Of a stretch of 64,000 nt of DNA, positions 23,500-34,495 are shown one piece after another. Source of the DNA: an uncultured Phycisphaerales bacterium (GTDB lineage: Bacteria > Planctomycetota > Phycisphaerae > Tepidisphaerales > Tepidisphaeraceae); the NCBI GenBank assembly GCA_963758525.1, contig CAVWVQ010000003.1, positions 96,001 to 160,000 on the forward strand, read 5' to 3'. The notes under the pieces were generated by a model. The model was not told the DNA's origin and did not search any database. It saw only the letters and a program-made list of their open reading frames with translations. Each line of letters opens with the position of its first letter. Positions within the stretch are counted from its first letter, which is position 1. The position numbers and the translations under genes were made by a program.

Positions 23500-24612
23500 A
23501 TGGTGCAATCTTGGTGGCGTCTATCGGCGTTGGGAGTCTGTTGTGTCATCGGCGTCAGCGCGATTGCCAGCGCGGTCGAGCCGGTCGCGTGCAAATGCCC
23601 GATGGGCCGCGACTATTTTCTGTACGCGCCGCAAACACCTGATGCGGGCAAGACGTATTTCCTTGTCGTTGGCGCACACGGGTTCAGGGGGTCGGGAAAA
23701 GACGTGAATCTGAGCGAATGGGCGGAGCGGGGGGACTGCATCGGAGCCTCGCCGAGCTTTCCCAACGGATACCAGATTCTTGCGGATGAGACGGATCGTC
23801 AAGTGATCGGCATCGCTCAACAGCTTTCCAAAAAATACAAGCTGTTTCCAAAGTTCTTTTTGCTCGGGCATTCGGGAGGGGGGCAGTTCGTTCATCGCTT
23901 TGTCCTGGCTCACCCCGAACTGGTGCTGGGATGCGTTGCCACTTCCAGCGGGACCTGGGCCGAGGCGCTGAACCCTGCCGCCGCCCGCATTCCGATTGCG
24001 ATCGGGTGCGGCGAAGCCGACAACCAGAAAACAGGCCCCGATGCCCCGTATACGCGCATCGAGTGGGCTCACCGCTTCGAGCATCTGCTGATGCAGGGCG
24101 ATTATTTCTACACAGCTCATTTCTGGAAGGGCGCCGGCCATGGGGGCGATGCCAGGGATATTCACCAGATGGAGCTGGACACGTTCGCGCTGGGCTCGTG
24201 CGGGATGTTCGAGCAGGCGAGGCAGGAGATCGATGGCAAGCTAGCCGACGCGGAGGCCGGGATCACGGCGGAGGACTACGGCAAGAGCGTTGCCGACGTG
24301 ACGGATGTGATGGAGCAAGCGAAGTCCCTGACCTCGGTCGAAGTTTCCAAATCGCTGGAGTCCGCACACTGGCACGCGAACCATGTTGTTCCGGAAAACT
24401 GCGTGAAGCTGGCGCGCGGCTACGTCTCTTTCCGCACGACGCCGCTCCTGGCGCGGCTGCAGACGGCAGGACTGGCGCGGGTGGCGGCGCTGCAGAAGCA
24501 GGGAGATGCCGACGCCGTGGAGAAGCTTGGGAAATTGAAGCAGGATTTCCAGGGAATCGCCCGCGTGAAACAGGCCGCCGACGCGGCCCTGCGCCGGCTG
24601 GAGCAGAAGTAG
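23500..24612 (+). CDS. Secreted alpha/beta hydrolase (esterase-like)
   Basis: AGGAG RBS, signal peptide, HG oxyanion motif, GHSGGGQF nucleophile elbow, GEAD, GAGH. Confidence 0.8.
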   Translation: MVQSWWRLSALGVCCVIGVSAIASAVEPVACKCPMGRDYFLYAPQTPDAGKTYFLVVGAHGFRGSGKDVNLSEWAERGDCIGASPSFPNGYQILADETDRQVIGIAQQLSKKYKLFPKFFLLGHSGGGQFVHRFVLAHPELVLGCVATSSGTWAEALNPAAARIPIAIGCGEADNQKTGPDAPYTRIEWAHRFEHLLMQGDYFYTAHFWKGAGHGGDARDIHQMELDTFALGSCGMFEQARQEIDGKLADAEAGITAEDYGKSVADVTDVMEQAKSLTSVEVSKSLESAHWHANHVVPENCVKLARGYVSFRTTPLLARLQTAGLARVAALQKQGDADAVEKLGKLKQDFQGIARVKQAADAALRRLEQK

Positions 24613-24696
24613 GGGCTGGACTTTCCGCTATCAGACAAATGTTTGCAAGACTGGTTTTCCAGACAAAGTCTGACGAAAAACCAAAAGGACCAGGAA

Positions 24697-26012
24697 ATGC
24701 CCGATCCGTTCTATCGATTCTTCCGGACGATCGGCCGCCGTTGGGAGAACCTGGGGCAGCGCAGACTCTCTTCCGGGAGGCCGCCGTCGGTCAATGGAAC
24801 GGCTCTGTGTGACCAGGCCCGCGAGGCGCTACGCCAGCATGTCATCGACACACTGGTGCCGCGCTGTCTCGACGAGGAGTACGGCGGGTTTCTCGTCGAC
24901 TTCGACGACCGGTGGAACGCCGCCGGGCGCACGACAAATCTCTCGAGCACGCCGCCCGCACAACCCGCGCGTTCGCGCTGCTCGACGAGGCTTATCCCGG
25001 CCAGGGATACGACCGCTTCGTCCTCCACGGCTGCAAGTTTCTCACCGAAGCGATGTGGGACCACGCGCACGGCGGCTTCTACGCCCGCGTTGACCGCGCA
25101 GGCCGCCCACGATGGGAAGGATTGAAACATCCGCACGCGGTGACGTATGCCGCCGAGACGTTTCTGCTGGCGGCGCCTTACCTTCCGCCAGACCAGGGCG
25201 TGATGTGGGCGAACCGCGCCCTCGACTGGCTCGACCAGGTTGCGTGGGATCCAACCCACGGGGGCTACTGGGGCTCTTTCCGGCGGGACAATGAGCGCTA
25301 CCCCGACGGAGCAAAGCTGCCGACGCCAGATGGGCTGGACATCTTCGGCCTGACGCCCGGCTTCAAGGAGATCAATACCCAGGGCGACGCCATCGAGATG
25401 CTGACTCGCTTCCAGGCGCGTCGCCCCGACCCGCGCCACGCCGCACGGCTCGACTGGCTGGTCGATCTCGTCACCCAACGGCTGGTGCAGCCCGGCGGGG
25501 TCCTGCCGTACCGCTACCTGCGCGACTGGCGGACGTCTCCGGATCTGATTCGGGTCGGCTATCAGTTCCTGATGGCCCGCCACCTGCACCAGGCCGTTGC
25601 GGGAAAAGGGATGTCCAGCGTTACAACCACGGTGTGCGACATGGTGGATTTTTGCCTGAAATGGGCACGCCATCCCTCCGGCGGATTCTGCTACGCCGTC
25701 ACATCTGAAGGTAGAAGCTGGCCATCGAGCAGCCCCTCCTGCGACCAACGCCAATGGTGGGTGCAGATTGAAGCCGTCTACACGCTGCACGTGCTCGCCA
25801 ACGATCCCGCGCTGGAACCCGCGCAGCGGGCACGATACCACCAGGCCCGCGATGCGGAATGGGCATTCCTGCAAAACGTGTTCTTCGACAATCGCCACGG
25901 CGGCGTCCGCGCCGAGCCCCTCGACTTCACGGCCTCATCGCCCCTCAAAATGCACTGCTGGAAGGACCCCGGCCACGAGGTTGGCGCGTTCATCGCGTTA
26001 AGCTGTGTCTGA
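24697..26012 (+). CDS. AGE-family sugar epimerase/isomerase (cellobiose 2-epimerase-like); frameshift near 24920
   Basis: DEEYGGF, K.L...AR, MWDHAHGGFY, WWVQIEA, WKDPGH; (alpha/alpha)6 family motifs split over two frames. Confidence 0.75.
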
Positions 26013-26038
26013 AACGCTATGGGGATTGTATCGATCTC

Positions 26039-26304
26039 CGAAGCGCTGTCCCACTCGATGCGAAGAACCGGGGGTGCAAGCACCGCCCAGCGTTCAACCC
26101 AACCGCTATGCACCGGTCCGGGAGGCCCGCTTCTTCTCCAATAGCTGGTCGGCGCCGGCAAACGCCGAGGGTGCTCGCACCCTCGGTCTTTTCGAAACCG
26201 AATGCAGGAATGCGACGAGAAGCTGCGCAGCTGGATGTCCTCGATCAGTCGTTGCCGAAGTGCCGTCATCAAACGCTCCTGTAAAAGAAGGGCCTGATCC
26301 CCTT
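26039..26304 (-). repeat. Direct repeat copy 1: degenerate 5' fragment of a tyrosine recombinase (SAM-like N-terminal domain)
   Basis: Near-identical to 28536-28811; minus strand reads GGAG RBS + MTALRQRLIEDIQLR. Confidence 0.8.
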
Positions 26305-26447
26305 AATTTCCCCCCCCTTAATTTTTCGGGTCAGGACCGATCAAACCGGTTTCCTTTTTTGGCGGGGACGGCAAGCAGTTGTAAACGAGCCGCCTGATCG
26401 AGAGTATGGTTTGGCGCGACGGAGCCGAACCTTCGGAACCTGCAGCC

Positions 26448-28432
26448 ATGAAACCTCACCGCATATTGTCGCTTCTGTCCATCGTTTTCATTGTTGTCTC
26501 GCCGCTGTCGGGCCAGGAAGCGATAGTTGGCAAGCCGGAGATTTTCCCCGATGCGACGGCGAAAGCCGGCGACAATCCGGCGTTTATTGATAAAGCCGGC
26601 ATCGCCCTGGCCGAGCCTTTTGATCTGCGACAGGTGCGGCTGCTCGACGGGATTTTTAAAGCCGCCCAAGTGGCGGACGAGAAGTTTCTGCTCTCGCTCG
26701 ATCCCGACCGCCTGCTGCACAACTTTCGCATCAATGCCAAACTCCCTTCGACGTCCATGCCTTATGGTGGATGGGAAGCTCCGGGTTTCGGCATCCGGGG
26801 GCATTTTACAGGCCATTACCTCTCGGCCTGCGCGGAGATGTATGCATCGACCGGCGACGGAAAGTTCAATGACCGGGGCAGGTACATGGTGGCTGAACTC
26901 GCAAAATGCCAGGCGGCGATGGGGACCGGCTATCTGTCTGCGTTCCCAAGCAGCGTGTTTGACCGCATCGAAACCAAGTCCGCTGCCGGTTCTTCCGCGC
27001 CATACTACGCCGTGCACAAAATCATGGCGGGCTTGCTCGATCAATACCACTACTGTGGCAATCAGCAGGCCATCGCGGTGCTCTGCAGGATGGCGGACTA
27101 CTTCAAAGGCCGCCTTTCCAGACTGACGCCGGACCAGATCGAGTCTGCATTGTTCACCAGCAACGCTGGTCCTCAGCCCCGTCATGAGATGGGGGGCATG
27201 TCGGAAGTCATCCACAACTTGTACGCCGTCACGGGCAAGCCCGAATATTTGGAATTGGCCAATACGTTCGATCGCGCCTGGTTCCTTGACCCGCTGGCAA
27301 ACGGTAAGGATCAGTTAAGTGGTGAGCACGCCAACACGCACATCCCCGAGGTCACCGGGTTCGCCCGCCGGTACGAGGTGACCGGTGACGAGCGCTATCG
27401 CCACGCGGCCGAATTCTTCTGGACGCAGGTCACGCGGCATCATTCCTACGTCACAGGCGGCAACAGCCGGGGCGAAGTGTTTTTGAAGCCGGATGAAGAA
27501 GCGAACGCGCTTCGCGATGACACCGCCGAGACATGCAACGTCTACAACATGCTCAAGCTCACGCAGCATCTGTTCACCTGGAAAGCGGATGTCCCCACCG
27601 CTGATTATGATGAGCGCGCCATTTACAATCACATTCTCAGTTCGATCGATTCCGACAGCGGCGCGATGGCCTACTACCTGTCGCTCAAGCCGGGTCACTA
27701 CAAGCTCTATGGAACGCTCGACACCGCCTTCTGGTGCTGCACGGGCACCGGAATAGAAAATCACGCCAGGTACGGCAACTCAATCTACTTCCACCACGCG
27801 GACGCTCTCTGGGTGAATCTCTTCATCCCCTCGCGACTGTCGTGGGAGGAGAAGGGTGTCTCGCTGATCCAAAACACCAATTATCCGGCCGATGGTCAGT
27901 CCACGCTTACGTTCACCACCGCACGACCCACGCGGCTGAAGCTGCTGCTGCGATATCCTGGCTGGGCCAGGCTGGGAGCGACCGTCAGCATCAATGGTCA
28001 GGAGCAGAGGGTCACCGAACCACCTGGAACATTTATTTCCATCGATCGAGCCTGGCAGAGCGGGGACGAAATCACGCTAAACATTCCCCTTGAGCTGCGT
28101 CTTTATCATCCGATCGATAACGCAAGGATGATCGCGATCATGTATGGCCCCGTCGTCCTCGCCGGCACCTCGGTCGAGCCGGCATCTCACACGATGACAA
28201 AAGCGCCGACCATCGCGCCTTCTTCAAGGAACCCGACCCAGCCGCCCCAATTCTCTCGGGCGACAGCAGCAATCTCGCTTCATGGATCAAGCCCGTTGCG
28301 GGCGAACCACTGCACTTCACCACAGTGAGCGCCGGGCAACCCAACATCATTCCGCTGAGACCCTTCTATGAAATTCATCACGACCGCTACACGGTCTACT
28401 GGCATTTCGTCGACTCCAGCCAGGTAAAGTAA
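26448..28432 (+). CDS. GH127/GH146 beta-L-arabinofuranosidase-like glycoside hydrolase; frameshift near 28170
   Basis: GGWE, RGHFTGHYLSA, EMGGM, HANTHIP, ETCNVYNMLKLT, FWCCTGTGIE; C-terminus LRPFYEIHHDRYTVYW lies in another frame ending at 28432. Confidence 0.92.
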
Positions 28433-28535
28433 CTTCGACTCGATGCGACGGTTTCCCGCAGCAAGCGATCTGCGGCAAGGCACGTCCAAACCACGCGGAT
28501 ACCGCCCCGGCCCGGGTAGAACTAAAGGCGCGGGT

Positions 28536-28811
28536 CGAAGCGCTGTCTCACTCGATGCGAAGAACCGGGGGTGCAAGCACCGCCCGGCGTTCAACCCAAC
28601 CGCTATGCACCAGTCCGGGAGGCCCGCTCATTCTCCAATAGCTGGTCGGCGCCGGCGAACGCCGAGGGTGCTCGCACCCTCGGTCTTTTCGAAATCGAAT
28701 GCAGGAGTTCCACCGAGTGCGCCGACAAGTTGCGCAGCTGGATGTCCTCGATCAGTCGTTGCCGAAGTGCCGTCATCAAACGCTCCTTAAAAGAAGGGAC
28801 CTGACCCCCTT
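28536..28811 (-). repeat. Direct repeat copy 2: degenerate tyrosine recombinase 5' fragment
   Basis: MTALRQRLIEDIQLRNLSAHSV...QLLENERAS; ends in the palindrome AAGGGACCTGACCCCCTT. Confidence 0.8.
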
Positions 28812-29223
28812 CGCATTTTCCGAACAAACACAAAAACACAAAAAGGGGTTGGAGAGGCGACGCGTAACAGCATAGTGAATCGGAAGCTGCTCTCCTCCCA
28901 GGGCTCTCTTTTTTTTGTGTCGTTTGCAGGTCGTCGTGGCAATTACTCTTTCGGACTGGCGCGGCTGGGAACCGGCGAAGGAGGTGCAGCGTGAACCGCC
29001 GTGTTCGGCTGCTCACGACGAGTCGCTCGCGGGGGTCGTACCCCAGCCGTGACGAATCGTAATTTCTCGCACCTTTCAGCTCCAAAGTAAAAGGCTTTTT
29101 GCAGCATAATCGGGGGCACAAGGGCGGGGAGTGTTCTCCGTTGTTCAATTTTTCTTTTTCGCGTCCGGGTTTTTCTTGACCTCATACACTAAGTAGTTAC
29201 ACTTAGTCATGAGGAGGAATGCC

Positions 29224-29532
29224 ATGAAGCTTCCCAATCACCCCACTCTGCTGCGGCGGATGCGGGACGCCAGGGTCAAGGAACTTGTCCCGCGATGTCC
29301 GCCCCTGGCCGCATCCCTTGGCACGCAACGCGGCGGCGGCTGCCAGTTGACCCTCAAGCGCCGCGGCAAGACCCGTACGGTCTACGTCCCCAAGGATCTC
29401 AAGGATGAGGTGGAGGCATGGGTGCAGGAACATCGGCGGCTCAAACGTCTGCTGCAGGAGATCACCAATTTGCAGCTGGCCCTGATCCAACTGCACCGGA
29501 CCGACAAAGCCCGGCGCGCCGGCAGGGTTTAG
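29224..29532 (+). CDS. IS accessory protein (DUF6788-like)
   Basis: GAGGAGG RBS; LTLKRRGKTRTVYVP...W...HRRL pattern typical of small ORFs upstream of transposases. Confidence 0.75.
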   Translation: MKLPNHPTLLRRMRDARVKELVPRCPPLAASLGTQRGGGCQLTLKRRGKTRTVYVPKDLKDEVEAWVQEHRRLKRLLQEITNLQLALIQLHRTDKARRAGRV

Positions 29533-29534
29533 AC

Positions 29535-30839
29535 CTGGGCGCGACACTGGCCAGGACGGTCAGCCATTTCTTCCCCGATCTGTTCCAATGGCTCGGGGAA
29601 GTGGGCGACAAACGCGACCAGGACGCCATCACTTATGGCCGGCGGTTCCTGACCTGGATGGGCCTGATGCTCTTCCTGCTCAAGCTCGGCTCGCGCCGAA
29701 GGCTGCGTTTTGAGCTGGACACGCCCGAGGCGCTGGCCAATCTCAATGCGCTCTCCCGCGCAGAGCAGGAGACGATGGCCCACTCCGACACCCTGAACTA
29801 TTTCCTGGGGCGGGTGCCCGCGGCGTCTTTGCCGCTGCTGCGGCGGAAAATGGTCCAACGCCTGATCCGCATGAAAGCCCTGGACAACGGCCGGCTCATG
29901 GGCCACTTCCTGGTGGTCTTCGATGGCACCGGGCAACTGCGTTTCAACCAGCGTCATTGCCCCCAGTGCCTGGAGCAAAAGCACGGCGAGACGACGCTCT
30001 ATTTCCACAATGTGCTGGAGGCCAAGCTGGTCACCCCCGAAGGCCTCGCCATCTCCCTGGAAAGCGAGTTCGTCGAGAATGCCGATCCCAAGGCCAGCAA
30101 GCAGGACTGTGAACTGAAGGCTTTTGCCCGCCTGGCCAAGCGGCTCAAGAAGAGCTATCCCCAATTGTCGCTGTGCCTCTGTTTCGACGCCCTCTACGCC
30201 AACGGCACGGCGATGGACATCTGCCGTAAAAACTGCTGGAAGTATTTCATCACCTTCAAGGAAGGATCGATGCCGGCTTTCTGGCAGGAATATCAGAGTC
30301 TTCTGGCGATGTGTCCCAAGAACCGCAAGACCCAAAGAACCGACGACGGCGTCCGCCAAACCTTCGCCTGGGTCGGACAATTGGAACATGTCGACGACCA
30401 GAAGCGGCGCCACCGCGTCAACGCCTTCCAGTGCCGGGAAAAGCTCGACGGCCAAACCCGCCTCTTTGCCTGGCTCACCAACTGGTCGGTCAACGCCGAC
30501 AGCGTTGCGACCCTGGGCAACCGCGGAGGACGGTGCCGCTGGAAAATCGAAAACGAAGGATTCAACCTCCAGAAGAACGGCGGGTTCAACCTGGAGCATG
30601 CCTACAGCATCGGCTCATTGCAGATCAAGAACTTCTACATCCTGTTGCAGATCGCCCATCTGATCCTGCAACTTGTCGAACGCGGCAGCCTGCTGACGCG
30701 ACAGGCCAAGCAGCTCTTTGGCTCCCTGGCCAATCTGGCCCGACGCCTCGCCGAAAGCATCCGCAACGTCCTGATTGCCGCCGACGCCACCGACCCGACC
30801 CGCGCCGCCAAAATCCAGATACGGCTCAATACCTCCTGA
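29535..30839 (+). CDS. DDE transposase (ISNCY-like; start uncertain)
   Basis: FDGTG, HCPQC, KQDCELKAF, DALYANG, RWKIENEGFN..KNGGFNLEHAY. Confidence 0.88.
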   Translation: MGATLARTVSHFFPDLFQWLGEVGDKRDQDAITYGRRFLTWMGLMLFLLKLGSRRRLRFELDTPEALANLNALSRAEQETMAHSDTLNYFLGRVPAASLPLLRRKMVQRLIRMKALDNGRLMGHFLVVFDGTGQLRFNQRHCPQCLEQKHGETTLYFHNVLEAKLVTPEGLAISLESEFVENADPKASKQDCELKAFARLAKRLKKSYPQLSLCLCFDALYANGTAMDICRKNCWKYFITFKEGSMPAFWQEYQSLLAMCPKNRKTQRTDDGVRQTFAWVGQLEHVDDQKRRHRVNAFQCREKLDGQTRLFAWLTNWSVNADSVATLGNRGGRCRWKIENEGFNLQKNGGFNLEHAYSIGSLQIKNFYILLQIAHLILQLVERGSLLTRQAKQLFGSLANLARRLAESIRNVLIAADATDPTRAAKIQIRLNTS

Positions 30840-31062
30840 CCGGCAAGCTGTACGCATGACCGGCATGGAACCCGCCCGATTCGCCAACTTGCATTCCCCA
30901 GACAGCCGTGGGGCAGCTCTCCGTACGCGCCGTGCAAACCCGGTTCACCTCGATCCGCCGCCGTAAGGCTTCACGGCCCTACGATTCGTCACGGCTGGTC
31001 GTACCCCCCTGCCGTCGCTTTTAACGTCTGCTCGCGGTAAATTGTGGCAAGGAGATCGCCTG

Positions 31063-32312
31063 ATGATTGAACGTCGACCTACACGGAAAGTAGTGGTTGG
31101 GGACGCGGCACATGGATTTGTCGCGATCGGCGGGGATGCGCCGGTTTCGGTCCAGTCGATGACGGCTGGCTACACGTACGACATCGAAAGCTGCGTCGCC
31201 GAGATTCATAAACTGGCGGCCGCGGGCGCGGACTTGGTGCGCGTGGCGGTGCCGGAGCGGAAGGATACCGATGCGCTGCGCGAGATTCTGCCGCGGGTGC
31301 AGGTGCCGATCGTCGCGGATGTGCATTTTCATTTTCAGCGGGCGCTTGAGGCGCTCGAGGCGGGCGTTCACAAAATTCGCCTCAACCCGGGGAACATCAA
31401 CGACCGCGCGCAGGTCATTGATGTCATCCAGGCCTGCAAGGCGAAGAAAGTGCCGATCCGCATCGGGGTCAATGAAGGGTCCATCGTCGAGCGCCGCGAC
31501 AAGCAGAAGCGGATGAAGGAACTGGGCGGCGTCTTCTCCAACAACAAGAACGGCCATTTCCTGGCGATCATGATCGCCAAGCTCGAAGAGTATCTGGAGA
31601 TCTTTCAGGAGCAGGATTTTCACGACATCGTGATCAGTGCCAAGAGCATCGATCCGCTGCTGGTGATCGACGCATATAAGGAGATCAGCAAGCGGTTCGA
31701 TTATCCGCTGCATCTTGGCGTGACTCATGCCGGGCCGAAGGAGACGGGGGCGATCCGCTCGGTAGTTCCGCTGGGGCATCTGCTCTGCAGCGGCATCGGC
31801 GACACCATCCGCATCAGCTACGCCAACGATCCCATTTACGAAGTGCAGGACGGACTGGAGCTGTGCTACGTGCTGGGTCTGCGAACGCGCTGGGCGCGGA
31901 GCTGATCGCATGTCCGACCTGCGGGCGGATTCAGGTCGATCTCTTCACGCTGGTGCAGGACGTCCGCAAGGAACTGGCCAAAGAGATTCGTCTGCCGATC
32001 AAGGTTGCGGTGATGGGATGCGTGGTGAATGGGCCGGGCGAATGCGAAGGGGCCGACATCGCGATTTTTGCCGGCGATCGTCGTGGAATTATCTACGTTC
32101 AAGGGGAAAAGGTCGCGAATGTGCCGGAAGAATTGATTCTTTCGCGGCTCCTCGAGGAGTGCAAGAAATTCCAATCGCTGGTCGAACGTGGCGAAGCGCG
32201 GCTCGGGGAGAAGAAAGTGGATATTCTCCCGCCTGATCCGATCGGCGATCTCGGCAGCGGCTGGGAGAAGATCGAGAAGGAAAAGGGGATGTCGCTGCCG
32301 GTAGTGAAATGA
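31063..32312 (+). CDS. ispG: (E)-4-hydroxy-3-methylbut-2-enyl-diphosphate synthase; frameshift near 31885
   Basis: PVSVQSMT, VADVHF, KIRLNPGN, RIGVNEGS, LHLGVT, GIGDTIRIS, then IACPTCGR...AVMGCVVNGPGE in the second frame. Confidence 0.95.
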
Positions 32313-32395
32313 GGGGGCAGGCACAGAGGCACGAAGGCACGCAGGCACGAAGGGAAGGATCATGGGGAGAGCTGAGAGTTTCGCGCTGGAACGAT

Positions 32396-33055
32396 ATGAC
32401 GTCAGTTGCAAAAGAGATACGAGAGTCTGTTCGGTCAGAGGATGACATCGGCCACGTTGTCCTTCAAAATATCGCATGGGAAACTTACGAACTATTGCTC
32501 CGGGATCTGGAGGAGCAGCATTACCGTCTGACATATGACGGGGGAACTCTCGAAATCATGTCTCCATCACGTTTGCGCGAACGAGCCGGTCGACTGCTGG
32601 GTCGTTTGATCTACGCGTACAGCGAAGCGCGCGACATTCCGATTGCCAGTTTCGGAAGCGCCACATGGCGTCGGCGCGACCTCTTCAAGGGACTGGAAGC
32701 CGACGAGTGCTATTACGTAGCCAGCGAGGCGAGTATTCGCGGCCGGGATGAAATCGACATCAATGTCGACCCGCCGCCCGACCTTGCGATTGAAGTCGAT
32801 ATCACGCCGAGCGCACTGGAAAAGCAACGCATCTATGCCGCCCTGGGAGTTGCGGAATTGTGGCGATGGGAAGACGAGACGCTGTGGGTCATGGCGCTCC
32901 AAGCGGATCGGCAGTATGTTCGATCGCAGACGAGCCTGAATTTCCCCGAGCTGCCGCTGGCGGAGATCGCCCGATTCATGGCGATTCGCCACGACAGCAG
33001 CGAAACCGCCTGGATCAAGCTCTTTCGCGAGTGGCTCGTCACGACCGGAGCGTGA
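32396..33055 (+). CDS. Uma2 family (DUF820) endonuclease
   Basis: RLTYDGGTLEIMSP, GLEADECYY, PPPDLAIEVDIT, IYAALGVAELWRW. Confidence 0.92.
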   Translation: MTSVAKEIRESVRSEDDIGHVVLQNIAWETYELLLRDLEEQHYRLTYDGGTLEIMSPSRLRERAGRLLGRLIYAYSEARDIPIASFGSATWRRRDLFKGLEADECYYVASEASIRGRDEIDINVDPPPDLAIEVDITPSALEKQRIYAALGVAELWRWEDETLWVMALQADRQYVRSQTSLNFPELPLAEIARFMAIRHDSSETAWIKLFREWLVTTGA

Positions 33056-33058
33056 AGC

Positions 33059-34474
33059 ATGTTTGAGCGAGTTACGGATCGGTGTCGGCACGTTATCGCC
33101 ATGGCGACCGCGGAGGCAGCCAGGCGCCAGCAGACCCAGGTCACGCCGGTGCATCTGCTGCACGGCATCCTGACGGAAGGACACAGCGGGTCGGCAAAAC
33201 TCCTCAACAGCTCAGGAGTGACGCTGGCCGAGTGGAATCAACGGATCGCCAAGGATTCTCCCGACCCCGCGCTCGGTTCTCTGGTTTTAAAACCGCCGCA
33301 GAGCGAGGCGGCGAAGAATGCGATTCTCTTTGCCATCGACTCGGCGCGCGAGCGGGGCCGGCACTGGATCGGGACGGAGGATCTGCTTCTGGGGCTGCTG
33401 CACGACCCGGCATCGGACGCGGTCCATGCGCTGGACACGCTTCACGTCGACATCAATGCCCTGCGCGATCAGACGCTGGAGTTGCTGGCGAGCAGGGGCG
33501 ATCCGAAATCGATCCGCGTCGGCATCATCGGCGTCAGCGGATACGGCGGCGGGGAGGCGCTGCGGCTCTGCGCCAATCATCCGCGCTTTCAAGTGGCTTA
33601 TGTCGCGGGCGAAGGAAGCGCGGGACAGAAACTCATCGAGCGGTTTCCCGGCATCGGGCCGCTCGGGCAACTCACGATCGAAAAGTGGAATCCGGCAAGT
33701 TTGCCGGCGCTGGACATCCTCTTCGCGTCATTGCCGACGGGCGAGTCAAAGGCCGCTCTGGCACAGGTGCCCGCGGAGACGAAAATCATCGACATCGGCG
33801 GGGATCATCGCTTCACCGAAGGCTGGACCTACGGGCTGGCGGATGTCTGGCCCGACAAAATCCGCGCGGCAACGCGCGTCGCCAATCCGGGCTGCTATTC
33901 CTCTGCCACGCTGGCGGCGTTAGCACCACTGATCGCGGACGGCCTGGTCAGCCCGACCGGCATCATCATCGACGCCAAGTCCGGCGTCAGCGGCGCGGGC
34001 CGGGGCGGCGGCGCCACGCTCGGATTTGCGGATGTGAATGAAGACGTTTCCGCGTACGGCCTGCTGAAGCATGCGCAGGTGCCGGAGATGATCCATGCGC
34101 TGACGACCCTTGCGAAAAGCGAAGCCTCGCTTCTCTTCACGCCGCATCTGATGCCGATGACGCGTGGCATTCTCGCGACGTGTTACGCGAAGGGAACTGC
34201 AACGACTGAGCAATGTTTCGCGTCGGCCCGGAAGTTCTACGAAGGCCGCCCTTTCGTCCGCGTGGTCGAGAAGCCGCCGCATACGAAGTGGGCGACAGGC
34301 TCGAATCTCGTGTATGTGTCGTACGCCGCCGATCCGAAGAGCGGGACGGTGATCGCGCTGGGTGCGATCGACAACCTCGGAAAAGGCGCCGCGGGGCAGG
34401 CAGTTCAGAACGCGAATTTAATGATGGATTTGCCGGAAATGACTGGGTTGGAAGGCACGCCGCTTTGGCCGTGA
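33059..34474 (+). CDS. argC: N-acetyl-gamma-glutamyl-phosphate reductase with fused N-terminal double Clp repeat domain
   Basis: aa 1-145 Clp_N (MFERVTDRCRHV...IGTEDLLLGLL), then GVSGYGG, ANPGCY, SGVSGAGR, FTPHLMPMTRGI, IDNLGKGAAGQAVQN. Confidence 0.92.
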   Translation: MFERVTDRCRHVIAMATAEAARRQQTQVTPVHLLHGILTEGHSGSAKLLNSSGVTLAEWNQRIAKDSPDPALGSLVLKPPQSEAAKNAILFAIDSARERGRHWIGTEDLLLGLLHDPASDAVHALDTLHVDINALRDQTLELLASRGDPKSIRVGIIGVSGYGGGEALRLCANHPRFQVAYVAGEGSAGQKLIERFPGIGPLGQLTIEKWNPASLPALDILFASLPTGESKAALAQVPAETKIIDIGGDHRFTEGWTYGLADVWPDKIRAATRVANPGCYSSATLAALAPLIADGLVSPTGIIIDAKSGVSGAGRGGGATLGFADVNEDVSAYGLLKHAQVPEMIHALTTLAKSEASLLFTPHLMPMTRGILATCYAKGTATTEQCFASARKFYEGRPFVRVVEKPPHTKWATGSNLVYVSYAADPKSGTVIALGAIDNLGKGAAGQAVQNANLMMDLPEMTGLEGTPLWP

Positions 34475-34495
34475 TTGACGCGGGATTGACGCAGC

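Larger units (their letters stand above)
29044..30997 (+). mobile_element. Complete insertion sequence, 1954 bp, two ORFs
   Basis: Perfect 18-bp TIRs CAGCCGTGACGAATCGTA / TACGATTCGTCACGGCTG; 9-bp target duplication GTCGTACCC at 29035-29043 and 30998-31006. Confidence 0.95.

Noticed and set aside
29515..29535. GGGTTTA slippery heptamer for -1 frameshifting in the IS
   Set aside because: The heptamer is not phased X XXY YYZ in the upstream ORF frame
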